Positions 42,886 to 55,805 of a DNA stretch of 64,000 nt are shown one piece after another (the stretch's first letter is position 1; each line of letters starts with the position of its first letter). This DNA comes from Octopus vulgaris (Eukaryota). A program made the translations under genes and the position numbers. Location of the stretch: contig OX597838.1 of assembly GCA_951406725.2 (NCBI GenBank), positions 22,072,001 through 22,136,000 on the forward strand. Reading direction: 5' to 3'. A model generated the notes under the pieces. The model worked only from the letters and a program-made list of their open reading frames with translations. It was not told where the DNA came from and made no database searches.

Positions 42886-43204
42886 AATATGATAACAAAA
42901 GCCATTTTTCATACTTTCTAATGTTAAACAAATAAGAAATAACAGTTGTTACCCAAGGCAAACACAGTGTAATATGTTGAATAATTACGTACTCAAATAG
43001 ACAAGAGAGGCGACGGGTAGGAACTAAAAAAATACCTCCAGGAACAAAACTTCGTAAATAATGCTATAATTACTCTTTGTAATATGAAGGAACCCTCCCA
43101 ATAAGAGCGAAAAAACAAAAACATAGATATTCTATTTGTAGTCACCCATAATTCTAGAAACCATGCGTACTAAACAGCAACTCCATTAAACGTTCGGAAA
43201 TTGC

Positions 43205-43490
43205 TTTTTCATAGACCTGGAGTGATGCATAAAATAGAACGGCCCATGCATGTGCGACTTGGCTAATCAAACTGATCGTAATGTGTCTACAGACACGATG
43301 GCCATTCAAGCGAGAGCTAAAACTATTACATGGAGAATTGCATAAGATGTTCGGTACAACTTTTGCTACAAATCTTTACTTTAATAGTGAAGACTTGCTT
43401 GAAAAGTTTAAGGGAATTGTTAATTTGCATAATATTGGAGTGATCGGTGAAGCTACCAGTGTTGGTACGGAGGTTACTACTAATTATAAT
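43205..43490 (+). pseudogene. Tigger/pogo transposase fragment (CENP-B-type HTH and linker)
   Basis: FNSEDLLEKFKGIVNLHNIGVIGEATSVG resembles the FxASxGWFxxFKxRxxLHNIxxxGEAASAD motif; homologue at 47403-47660. Confidence 0.7.
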
Positions 43491-43575
43491 TATCATTATG
43501 AACCGTAGAAAATTATTGTTAATGATGTTTATCAATTAACCATACTAGGGTGGCTATATGATAAGGAAGTATAAA

Positions 43576-43667
<92 letters not shown>

Positions 43668-43701
43668 GTGTGTGTGTGTGTGTGTATCTGGAGAGATAGT
43701 G

Positions 43702-43774
<73 letters not shown>

Positions 43775-44570
43775 CCAAGGTAGATGTATATAAATACGTG
43801 TCTGTATGTCGTCTATGTATTAATATTTGTATATGAGTAAGCGTGTGTCTGGGCGATTATGTGTAGGGTGTATGTATATGTCTAATTCTAGTTTTCTATA
43901 TGTAAGTACGTGTGTAGGAGCGGCTATGCGTGAAGGTGCATGTATATCTCTACCTCTTGTTGTATGTACCTTCATATTTATAAATGTGGGCATTTATCTG
44001 CAGAGGGGTATGACTATGTATTCTTCTAGTTGTATGAATATAAATGCATTTGTATGTATGTGAGAAGTGCATGCATATATCCATGCGTAGATATAGGTAT
44101 GTAAGCGCGTGTATGAGAATGGAGGCGGCTATATGCGGAGCTATTTGTATGTAAGTACGAGCATATGGGTAGCTTTATGTGTATAAGATATGTCGAAATA
44201 TATGTATATATATATATGTATATATATGCAGCAATATATACGGCATAGATATAAATGAATATATTTGTCTTCGTATAAGCTTGGGCGTATTAATGAGGTG
44301 GAGTGTTTGTTTCTCAGCGATTTTTACTCAACTGGAATGTGAATACGAGCGTCCGTCTATATATATCTGAATATATGTGTATATGTATATGTATATGTAT
44401 GTATATATACACACCCAGTGCTGGACATTTACATACACCTCTGTATATATTCGTTCCCAGACACGTATTTACATAGTCTTGAAGTATGTATGATGTATGT
44501 GTGTATATATATATATATACGTGAGTGTGTATATATATAAATATAAATATATTACATATATACATATATC

Positions 44571-44603
<33 letters not shown>

Positions 44604-44941
44604 GTATATCTATATATGTATGTATCCTCATGTAGCAATGATGTCAGGCTATTAAATATGTCAATAAGCTGATGGCCAAAATCAACATATTGGTAAATAT
44701 TCGGCTGGTTGATTAAACAGGCCAGACTGAGATGATAACAGAGCGATAGATCCGCGTCTGTCGGACTGCATGCCTGTGCGTCTGCGTAATTGTGTAGCTC
44801 GCCGTCTATTGAACTGCACGCCTCTTACTCTAGTTCTGTTTTAATGTCTGTATATAGGATGGAGTGCTGAGGAGTTCCTGGCTTTGGGGGGAAGAAAATA
44901 CAGCAGGATAAGTTATGATTTTATTGAACATCATATTATAG

Positions 44942-45004
<63 letters not shown>

Positions 45005-45005
<1 letters not shown>

Positions 45006-45202
45006 ATATATGTGCGTGCTTGTGTGTCTGTGTTTGTTCCCCCCCCACAACATCGCTTCACAACCGATGCTGGTGTGTTTACGTCCCCCGTAACTTAGCG
45101 GTTCGGCAAAAAAAAGACCGATAAAATAAGTACTAGGCTTATTTGATCGACTAAAGGCGGTGCTCCAGCATGGCCACCGTCATACAAGTAAAAAAAAAGA
45201 GA

Positions 45203-45203
<1 letters not shown>
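45005..45203 (+). mobile_element. SINE-C 3' half
   Basis: caacatcgcttcacaaccgatgctggtgtgtttacgtcccccgtaacttagcggttcggc. Confidence 0.9.
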
Positions 45204-45268
<65 letters not shown>

Positions 45269-45329
45269 CAGAGTAAATTACTTTATTTTATAGAAGGAGA
45301 TGAACTGTTTCATTCAAAAGAAATCATCA

Positions 45330-45413
<84 letters not shown>

Positions 45414-45423
45414 GTGTGTGTGT

Positions 45424-45718
45424 GTGGAGGCACAATGACCCAGTGGTTAGGGCAGTGGACTCGCGGTCGTAGGATCGCGGTTTCGATTCCCAGACAGGGC
45501 GTTGTGAGTGTTTATTGAGTGAAAACACCTAAAAGCTCCACGTGGCTCCAGCAGGGTGTGGTGGTGATCCCTGCTGTACTCTTTCGCCACAACATTCTCT
45601 CCCTTTTTCTTCTGTTAGCCAGCGCGGATGGGGGACGTCATTTGAAGGCTAAAACAATTGGAAGCGCATTATGACCAGCATTGTGTAGCAACATCTGATC
45701 GGTCATGGTGACGGTGAT
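45424..45718 (+). mobile_element. SINE-B with tail type 2
   Basis: Collinear with 2087-2388. Confidence 0.9.
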
Positions 45719-45742
45719 ATATATGTATATATATATATATAT

Positions 45743-45950
45743 TCTTATGTTCTTTTATTTGTTTCAGTCTTTTGACTGCGGCCATACTGGAGCATCGCCT
45801 TTAGTCGAACGAATCGACCACAGGACTTATCCTCTGTGAACCTAGTACTTATTCTATCGATCTCTTTGCCAAACCGCTAAGTTACGGAAACGTAAACACA
45901 CTAACATCGGTTGTCAAGCGTTGATACGTGACAAACACAGACACACAAGC
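45743..45950 (-). mobile_element. SINE-C 3' half
   Basis: ttgtttcagtcttttgactgcggccatactggagc...accgctaagttacgg. Confidence 0.88.
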
Positions 45951-46171
45951 ATATAAAACACATACACACACATATATATATATATGCACATAAATGTATG
46001 TATATATATATATATACACATATATGTATATATACACACACACATATACATATGAATATACATATATATATATAAATATGTATATATAAATATACATATA
46101 TATAAATATATATAAATATATATAAATATACATATATATATATAAATATATATGTATATATATATACAAAC

Positions 46172-46236
<65 letters not shown>

Positions 46237-46299
46237 CATGCATAGACACACACTCACACACATATATATATGCATATATATGTGGGACTGCTTCAAAAC

Positions 46300-46760
46300 T
46301 TATGCCACATTCGTCTTCCCACAGGGCCTCAGACTCAACACGGAGGCCTACAGCAAGTGCCTGGAGGAAGTAGTACTGTCCTGGGTCAAGAGGGTCGCTG
46401 CTGGAAGACCCTATGTCTGGTAACAGGACCCTGCACCATGCCTCACAAGCAGGAGTATCGCAGTCATGGTTGTCAAACAATTTTTGCGCCCACATCACTC
46501 CTAACTACTGGCAACCTATCCCCCGACACTGCAACATCACTCATAATTGTGTGTGGGGTGCAGTTGAGCAAGAGACTAACAAAACTTGTAGCACTAAAGA
46601 TGAACTGAAGGTAAGGATTATGGCTTCATTGACCAGCTTAAACAAGGAAACCGTCCAGAAAAGTTGCAGGAGATTCGAAAGTCGTCTGGAGACCGTGATT
46701 GAAGCCAATGGACCAATTTTATTGAATAAATTTACTCTTTCGCATTTCAAAATATCTTTA
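46300..46760 (+). pseudogene. Tc1/mariner-superfamily transposase C-terminal half (maT/DD37D-like)
   Basis: [84 protein letters not shown]. Confidence 0.82.
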
Positions 46761-46779
46761 TGATTTTGATAAACATGTG

Positions 46780-46994
46780 TAGGCGTAGGGGTGTCTGTGA
46801 TGGTAAGTAACTGTAGGCGTAGGAGTGGCTGTATGGTAAGTAGCTTGCTTACGAACCACATGGTTTCGGGTTGAGTCACACTGCGTGGCACGTTGGTCAA
46901 GTGTCTTCTACTATAGCCTCGGGCCGACCAAATCCTTGTGAGTGGGGTTGGTAGACGGAAACTGAAAGAAGTCCTTCGTATATAGGTATATATA

Positions 46995-47049
<55 letters not shown>

Positions 47050-47298
47050 GTGTGTGTGTGTGTGGGTATGTGTGTGTATATGTTTGTGTGTCTGTGTTTA
47101 TCCCCTCAACATCGCTTCACAACCGATGCTGGTTTGTTTACGTCCCCGTAACTTAGCGGTTCTACAAAAGAGACCGATAGAATAAGTAGTACTGGGCTTA
47201 CAAAGAGTAAGTCCTGGGGTCAATTTGCTCGACTAAAGGCGGTGCTCCAGCATGGCCACAGTCAAATGACTGAAACAAGCAAAAGAGTAAAAAGAGTA
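46780..47298 (+). mobile_element. Full-length SINE-C with duplicated 5' head
   Basis: gtaggcgtagg...ggtaagta twice; complete tail gtcaaatgactgaaacaagcaaaagagtaaaaagagta. Confidence 0.95.
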
Positions 47299-47402
47299 TA
47301 TTTTGTTAAAATGAGTTATCAGTGTTATTTTCATTTTTTGCGTAATTAGACGACAATTTATTCACCGCACACTGTATTTATGATATTATCTGTGTAATAA
47401 AT

Positions 47403-47660
47403 TTATAATGCTTCTAATAGTATGCAAGTTAACAAATCCCTTAAACCTTTCAAGCGAGCCTGCACTAGCAAGTCCAAGCTGTGTAGCAAATTTTTCATGC
47501 CATATGAACGTTTTAACGCTCGCTTGAATGGCCATCCTGTTTGTAGACGCATTACGATCTTTTTGATTAACCAAGCCACACATGAGTCAGTTCCATTTAT
47601 GCTATACCCCAGATCGATGAGTCGTTCCATTTTATCCATTACTCCCAGATCGATGAAAAC
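47403..47660 (-). pseudogene. Tigger/pogo transposase fragment, second copy
   Basis: MDKMERL..AIQASVK..LASAGSLERFKGFVNLHTI; reverse complement aligns with 43205-43440. Confidence 0.68.
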
Positions 47661-47820
47661 ACAACAATGTGCACTGTATACAGATAAGAGCTATTAATAT
47701 TTTTCTTGCTGTGAAGACACGTGGTTAGGTAGGTTTTTATAGCGAAACTTGTGTTTTCTCAGCAAGACACTATAAATAGTTATCTTTATACAGTTTACAT
47801 TAAATGACACATGCACACAC

Positions 47821-47851
<31 letters not shown>

Positions 47852-48020
47852 ATATTAGGGAATATGATTTCAAACTTACAGGGAAAAATTCAACTTAGTA
47901 ATACTAAATCAAGTTTCACAATATATAATGTATGTATATAATATTGTGTTAGGGGTCATCTTTACTTTGTTATCTCCCCTACTTTCCTTCTCGTGTGTAA
48001 CTCTTCTGTCCGAGTCAGAC

Positions 48021-48202
48021 GCCATGATAGATCGTTAGCCACTACACACACTTTTCTTTTCTCTCCTTGTTTTCTCTGTGTCCCTTTCTGTAGAAGAGCG
48101 TAAGCTCGTAACATAAAAGACTTTTCTATTCCTGAGCGTTATACTAATACATCTGTTTGTTTTGTACACCACCTGTCTTCGTCTTTTTTCCGTAAACTCT
48201 CC

Positions 48203-48205
<3 letters not shown>
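48021..48205 (+). mobile_element. Penelope-like 3' end with a mutated hammerhead (48084-48119), ending in (TA)n
   Basis: Collinear with 2921-3130; cttt-CTGTAGA-a-GAGC gtaa GCTC-GTAAC-ATA-aaag. Confidence 0.62.
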
Positions 48206-48260
<55 letters not shown>

Positions 48261-48264
<4 letters not shown>

Positions 48265-48612
48265 TAGTTGAATGAATTATCTTATTATGGATAATTCGGT
48301 TAACCGATACCTGGGTAGCAAATTTACGTCAGAAAAACACGGTTGAAGCTACATGCCAAGGGCAGAGATCAAGTGCTTTCGTGTGGAAATTTGTGTGTTA
48401 TTTTAAATACAAATAAATGAAAGAATGGAGTTGAACGACGAATTAAAAAAATTCCTTTATTTTCGACATATGTTTCGAAGGCTGCATATTCCTAATTTCG
48501 AAGGAATAAGGGGTGTATTATGCCGCCTTCTCATCAGGAAAAACAAGGAACTTATGTCAGCATCTAGATGCACAAAAACTTTAATTCGTCGTTCAACTCC
48601 ATTCTTTCATTT

Positions 48613-48618
<6 letters not shown>
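48261..48618 (-). mobile_element. Short Penelope-like/retrozyme-like element bounded by (TA)n, with internal inverted repeats
   Basis: Inverted repeat aataaatgaaagaatggagttgaacgacgaattaaa (48412-48447) / tttaattcgtcgttcaactccattctttcatttatt (48580-48615) encloses a hammerhead. Confidence 0.65.
48460..48542 (-). ncRNA. Type I hammerhead ribozyme with a canonical core and extended stem II
   Basis: ttttc-CTGATGA-GAAGGC.GCA...TGC.GCCTTC-GAAAC atat GTC-gaaaa: stem I 5 bp, G10.1-C11.1 pair, GUC triplet, palindromic loop III. Confidence 0.8.
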
Positions 48619-48694
<76 letters not shown>

Positions 48695-48840
48695 TTATAT
48701 ATTCATATACATATATCTACGGTATACTACGTATTTTTCTTGTGATATATTTATTTGATATGTTATATTATGCAGTAAAACACCTCCCGGCCGCAGACAC
48801 CAGCGATGTACTGAAGAGTCCGCGATATAAAATTACAAAG

Positions 48841-49020
48841 GACGGACAGTTGGCAGAAACGTTAGTTCAAATTCCGCCGAGGTTGACTTTGCTTTTCATC
48901 TTCTCGGGGTCGATTAAATAAATACCAGTTACGCACTGGGGACGATGTAATCGACTTAATCCCCTTTGCCCTTGCTTGTTCTCTCTATGGTTAGCCCCCT
49001 GTTGCCAATAAAGACATAGA
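48841..49020 (+). mobile_element. SINE-A variant with the alternative tail (A2), internally deleted
   Basis: ttggcagaaacgttag|ttcaaattccgccgagg...cttaatcccctttgccc...agccccctgttgccaataaagacataga. Confidence 0.8.
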
Positions 49021-49104
49021 TATATTTTACATATATTAGCCACAAAAATCCGCGATGTACTGAGAGCGATAGGCGAAGAGCGATATGTCGAGTGATTACC
49101 TGTA

Positions 49105-49146
<42 letters not shown>

Positions 49147-49413
49147 TCTGTGTGTCTGTACAAGTGGTTTACTATCAAAGATGAACTATGCGCTTTCAGC
49201 TTTTGCCGAAAGAGATATATATATATTTGTATTTATATATATATATATATATGTATTTATATATTTATATACATACTTTCATGCATATACACATACATGC
49301 TTATATACATACGTACATAGATAAACAAACCTGCAGATTCAAATATACACACATGTTCATAGATGTAAATAAGTACGTGTGTGTGTGTGTGTGCGTGTGT
49401 GTGTTTGTGTGTG

Positions 49414-49457
<44 letters not shown>

Positions 49458-49556
49458 TGTGTATGCGCGAGCACATGGATGCGCGCATACGTAACCTGTT
49501 TGCGTATTTGCACGTATGCGTATGAACAAAATTATACATCTATAATATATACATGT

Positions 49557-49591
<35 letters not shown>

Positions 49592-49595
49592 CTGT

Positions 49596-49766
49596 GCAGG
49601 TGCAGGCGTGGTTGTGTGGTAAGAAGCTTCCTTTCCAACCTCATTCTTCCTGGGTTCAATTTCACTGCTCGTCGCCTTGGGCAAGTGTCTTCCCCTATAG
49701 CCTCAGGCTGACCAAAGACCTCTGAGTGGATCTGGAAGGCGGGAACTGAAAAAAGCCGTTGTCGTT
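49596..49766 (+). mobile_element. SINE-C 5' half ending in microsatellite
   Basis: gcaggcgtggttgtgtggtaagaagc...ccttgggcaagtgtctt. Confidence 0.85.
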
Positions 49767-49772
49767 GTACAA

Positions 49773-49943
<171 letters not shown>

Positions 49944-49994
49944 ATACATATATATATATATACATATACACATATATATATATACATGTATATA

Positions 49995-50040
<46 letters not shown>

Positions 50041-50074
50041 CTTACACACACACATTTATAATATAATATAATAT

Positions 50075-50231
50075 CTACTTTGTCCTGAGTTCAAATTCCG
50101 CCGTGGTTGATTTTGTCTTCATCCCTTCGGAGTCGATAAATTAAGTACCAGTTGCGCACTGGGGTCGATCTAATCGACTTTCCCCCCCCCCCCCACACAC
50201 AATTTCAGCCCTTGTGCCTCGAGTAGAAAAT
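50075..50231 (+). mobile_element. 5'-truncated SINE-A (tail A1)
   Basis: ctgagttcaaattccgccg...gtcgataaattaagtaccag...cccttgtgcctcgagtagaaaa. Confidence 0.88.
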
Positions 50232-50636
50232 AACGTAACATTTATCTATATGTATGTATGTATGTACGTATGTATGTATGTATGTATGTATGTATGTATG
50301 TATGTATGTATGTATGTATGTATGTATGCACAAATCCTGGACTACTTATATGCATACAGGCACACAAATTTGCTTATCAGCTCAAACAATTGTATAGAGA
50401 TGTACGCACGCATAAATTGCTTGTTCGATCGAGCAATCGATCGATCGATAGATCGTCAGTGGGAATGGTTAGACTGAAACAGAAACACACTCCTACGCAT
50501 CCGTACCGTCACACACCCACGTTGACGCACATACATATACACTCAGAGACGCAAACACACGTAGCAAAACGCACACGTACACACGTACACACACACACAC
50601 ACACACAGACTCACATACGACGTTGCGATATGTTTT

Positions 50637-50797
50637 GGCGCAAGCTGTGTGATAAGAATCTCCTTCTCAGTCAAATGGTTCCGAATTCAGTCACACAATA
50701 CGTGGCACCTTGGGCAAGTGTCTTCTACTACAACCTCGGGATGACCAAGGCCTTGTGAGTGGATTTGTTGGACGGAAACTGAAAGAAGCCCGTCGTA
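50637..50797 (+). mobile_element. SINE-C 5' half
   Basis: cgtggcaccttgggcaagtgtcttctac...ggaaactgaaagaagcccgtcgt. Confidence 0.85.
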
Positions 50798-50850
50798 TAT
50801 AAATAAATAAATATATATATTGCCTTCGTCTTTTGTCTATTTTCATAAAG

Positions 50851-51449
<599 letters not shown>

Positions 51450-51469
51450 AAGATATATATATGTGTATA

Positions 51470-51525
<56 letters not shown>

Positions 51526-51654
51526 TGTATGTGTGTGTATATATATACATATAGAATGCTGGAAATAATTGTTGGTAGGTAGTCGACAAATGATGAAAGG
51601 TCCTCTCTTTGTGTTTACTTCGTTGTTTACGTATTTCATGTTATTTGCACCGTT

Positions 51655-51722
51655 ATGTCTATTAACTGAACCTCCCGTATTTTCTTTTGCCCAAAGCCTG
51701 GAACTTTTCAGCTCACCCCCTA
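51655..51722 (+). mobile_element. Right end of the mariner-derived MITE family (see 2542)
   Basis: attaactgaacctcccgtatttt...cctggaacttttcagctcacccccta. Confidence 0.7.
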
Positions 51723-51777
51723 GTCTGTGCGTGTGTGTCTGTGTTTGTTTGTGTGTATCTATCTATCTATCTATCTA

Positions 51778-51847
<70 letters not shown>

Positions 51848-52459
51848 TGCTTGTGTATAAGTAATATTAGCAGCAGCAGCAATCGGTGGTGCATCGCGAT
51901 CATGATCAGCTGACAGCTGCTGCTTCTGCCTTCGCTAGTCTCTTCCTGTTGCATTGCTGCACAGCTGTATCGGTTATTGTTGCTGATGCCGTTGCAGGTG
52001 CCGTTTGCGCCGACGCTGGTTCCGTTCGTTCTGCTCTTACCGCTCTCACCGCTGCTGCTGCTGCTGCTGCTACCGCTGCTGCTGCTACCGTTGCTGCTGC
52101 TGCTGCCGCTGCTGCTTCTAGCTGGTTGCCGCTCCGGCGTCTTTATCCCACTCCATTATTCAGCGATGGGTTTTATTTAATTCAGTGGAATCGAATACGA
52201 TACTGTTATTTAATGATTGTATTTGTATGTGTGTGTGTGTGCGTGTGTGTGTGTGAGTGTGCGTGCGTGCGCTTGTGTACGTGTACGTGTGTGCGTGTGC
52301 ATGTGTGTATGCTCACATATACATTATGAATGCATGCATATATATGTGTGTGTCTGTATGTTGGTGAGTGTGCACATATAAATATGTATATAATATGCAT
52401 ATATATATATACACACACAAAAATGTGGGAGTATGCATACATATAAATTGTGAGCGCGT

Positions 52460-52505
<46 letters not shown>

Positions 52506-52762
52506 GCGTGTGTGTAAACATATTTAGGCGTATGCGTATTTCCTTTTGCATTGAACATACACAAACTTGCGTTCATAATTATGTGTGTATACACATACAT
52601 ATATACATACATACATACACACACATACACACACACACAAACACATATATATATGGTTTTATATATCTACATATATAATATGCACTGGAATGCGATTATG
52701 TGTATATATGCGTATATATCTGAATGTTTGCATATATATATATATGTATATATGCACATATA

Positions 52763-52796
<34 letters not shown>

Positions 52797-53222
52797 CACA
52801 CATACTCATATATATTTATGTATATATATATATGTATATAAATATACATATACATACATATAAGTATATATATGTACATATACATATATGCATACATTCA
52901 TATATATATATATATATGCTTATTATATATATGTATATATATATATATACACTATATAGATAGTGTATGTATATATATATACATGCACTATCTATTTATA
53001 GCATATATATATATATATATACATATATATAATAAACATATATATATATATATAATGTATGTATGTATGTATGTATGTATGTATGTTTGCATTTACATCC
53101 ACACATTGTATTCCGCAATGTCCATTGTATGATCCACTCCCATCCAAGAAAAGAATCGGTAAAAATCATTCTTGCATTCTAATCGAAATGATTATCGAAA
53201 CCCTGCCAGTACGCTACTGCAA

Positions 53223-53365
<143 letters not shown>

Positions 53366-54886
53366 GTCGTTGTAATAGTAGTAATAATTGTAGTGGTGGT
53401 TGTAGTTGTCGAGGTGGTGGTGTTAGTCGTCATCTGCAGTAGAAGTAGTAGTACTAGTAGTAGTAGTAGTAGTAGTTCTGTTTCATTCTCGACTACCACC
53501 GCCGCCGTCAGCGCCATCGCCACCACCACCTCTGCCTTCGCCCAAACAACACTACCCTCGCCTACTGTAATATTGTACAGGTGTGTCACAGGTATCTCAC
53601 AGGTATCTGACTGCTATCTCTGGTATCTCACCTTTAATACCACCATCACCACAACCACCACCACAGCTACAGCCACTACCACCACCACAACAGTTACTAC
53701 TACTTAAGCCCCCACCTCTACCATCACCACCACCATAAACCACCAATTTTGCATCCTGTATTCTATTAACAATCTTACTGTTACCATTGCCACCATCATC
53801 ACTACCACCACCACCATTAACAACACCCCCGCAGACACCGGCTTCAGCATCAGCCTCCGTCGATACCACCAGCACTACTACCGCCACTACCACCAACACC
53901 AGCAGGACTACTTCCACCACCACAACCACCAGTGCCACCATCACCACCACAGTCACAGGCACCGGCATCACCATCACCAACACTACTAGCATCGTTGACA
54001 CCACCATCACCACCACCACCACCACCACCATCATCATCATTTGCAGTATTCATCATCTTAATCACCACCACCATCGCCGCCAACATTAGCATCACCATCA
54101 TCATCATCACCGCCACAACCACTATCATCACCAGCGCCATCACTACCGTCATCACCAGCAACGCCAGTAAAGACTATCTCCAACACCACCACCATCGTCA
54201 ATACCATCATCACCACCAACATAAGCATCATCATCATCACCTCCACAACCACTATCATCACCAGCAACGCCAGTTTTAACTATCTCCAACACCACCACCA
54301 TCGTCAATACCATCATCACCATCGCCAGCACAACCACCACCACGACAACAACAATGCTACCACACCAACAACAGCCTCTGCCATCGCCACCGCCACCGCC
54401 ACAAACAACTCCACTACGACAACAACTACAGTAACAAGAGCCAAACTAGTGCAGCCACCGCCATCACAACCACCACCGTTGCCACCACCACCACCACCAC
54501 CCACCACCGCCACCACCGCCGCCACCACCATCAGCTACAACAACAGCAACGGCAACAACAACCAGCGCCATCTAGGCAAACAACAGAATCAGCTGTTGAG
54601 GTTTTCATCTTTGTTTATGAAGAGGGAACAAGGATACAGTGACGTGTTGCATAGTTGCATCATAGCAGCAGCAACTGCAGCAGCAGCGGTAGCAGCAGCA
54701 GCAACAGCGGCAGCAACAGTAGCAGCAGCAGCAGCGGTGGCAGCGGTAGCGTTAGCGGCAGCGGCGGCATCGGCGTCAGCGGCGCAGCGGCGGCTTCGGT
54801 GGTATAAGCGGAGTCTTCAGGAGACTCTGCGGTGGCAACGGCGGCACGGCGGGAGCAGAAGTAGCAGCAGCAGCAGCGGCGGCAGC

Positions 54887-54940
<54 letters not shown>

Positions 54941-54944
54941 TCCT

Positions 54945-55530
54945 GTGATGGTAGTGGTGGTGGTGGTTGTTGTTCTTGTGATGGTGGTGGTGGCGGTGGA
55001 AATGGTGAGGGTTAGTGGTAGTGGTGGTGGTGATGGTGATGGTGGTAGTGGTGGTGGTAGTAGTGGTGATAGTGGTAACGATGATGTTGGTGGTGGTTGT
55101 GATGGTGGTTGTGGTGGTAGTAGTAGTGGTGGTGGTAGTAGTGGTGGTGGTGATGGTGATGGTGGTGGTGGTAGTGGTGGTGGTAGTAGTGGTGATAGTG
55201 GTAATGATGATGTTGGTGGTGGTTGTGGTGGTAGTAGTAGTGGTGGTGGTAGTAGTGGTGGTGGTGATGGTGATGGTGATGGTGGTAGTGGTGGTGGTAG
55301 TAGTGGTGATAGTGGTAACGATGATGTTGGTGGTGGTTGTGATGGTGGTAGTGGTGGTAGTAGTAGTGGTGGTGGTAGTAGTGGTGGTGGTGTGGTGATG
55401 GTGATGGTGGTAGTGGTGGTGGTAGTAGTGGTGATAGTGGTAACGATGATGTTGGTGGTGGTTGTGATGATGGTTGTGGTGGTAGTAGTAGTGGTGTGGT
55501 GTGGTGGTGGTGGTGGTGGTGGTGGTTTTG
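54945..55530. repeat. GGT/AGT/GAT field organised as four units of about 120 bp
   Basis: Marker gatagtggtaa(c/t)gatgatgttggtggtggttgt ends units near 55080, 55205, 55320 and 55445. Confidence 0.88.
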
Positions 55531-55805
55531 GTGGTAGAAACTATTGGCATAGCGATATCGCTGATGCTGGTAGAAGTTCCACTTCTGACCATCCAGCTGG
55601 TGACACGGCTTTGGCGAATGGCGGCAGGAAATGAAGCATCCTTAAATTTCGAAAGGACTCTCATCAACATTTGTTGTAAACGCAATGATTAAAGACGAAT
55701 ACACAGACAAACATCCGCGCATGCGCACGCAAACACACACACACACCCGAGCACATATACAAACACATGCACTCATATACAGGGACACCAACATACACAC
55801 GCCTC

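Larger units (their letters stand above)
40895..43150 (+). pseudogene. Decayed Penelope-like element reverse transcriptase, interrupted by later insertions
   Basis: VIKEADRGAIVTID..HYEEM (ADKG motif, 40910), LKIHKS, VSFDVTSLYTN (41366), GTAIGTK..PTFVTLVIG (42109), WKRVLED (RYLDD position, 42226) and ELPF, in PLE RT order; the 3' boundary is uncertain. Confidence 0.85.

Noticed and set aside
54660-55685. 341-aa Thr/His-rich mucin-like ORF on the minus strand
   Set aside because: It derives from ACC/ACT/ATC repeats that are open in several frames; there is no signal peptide, domain or exon evidence.
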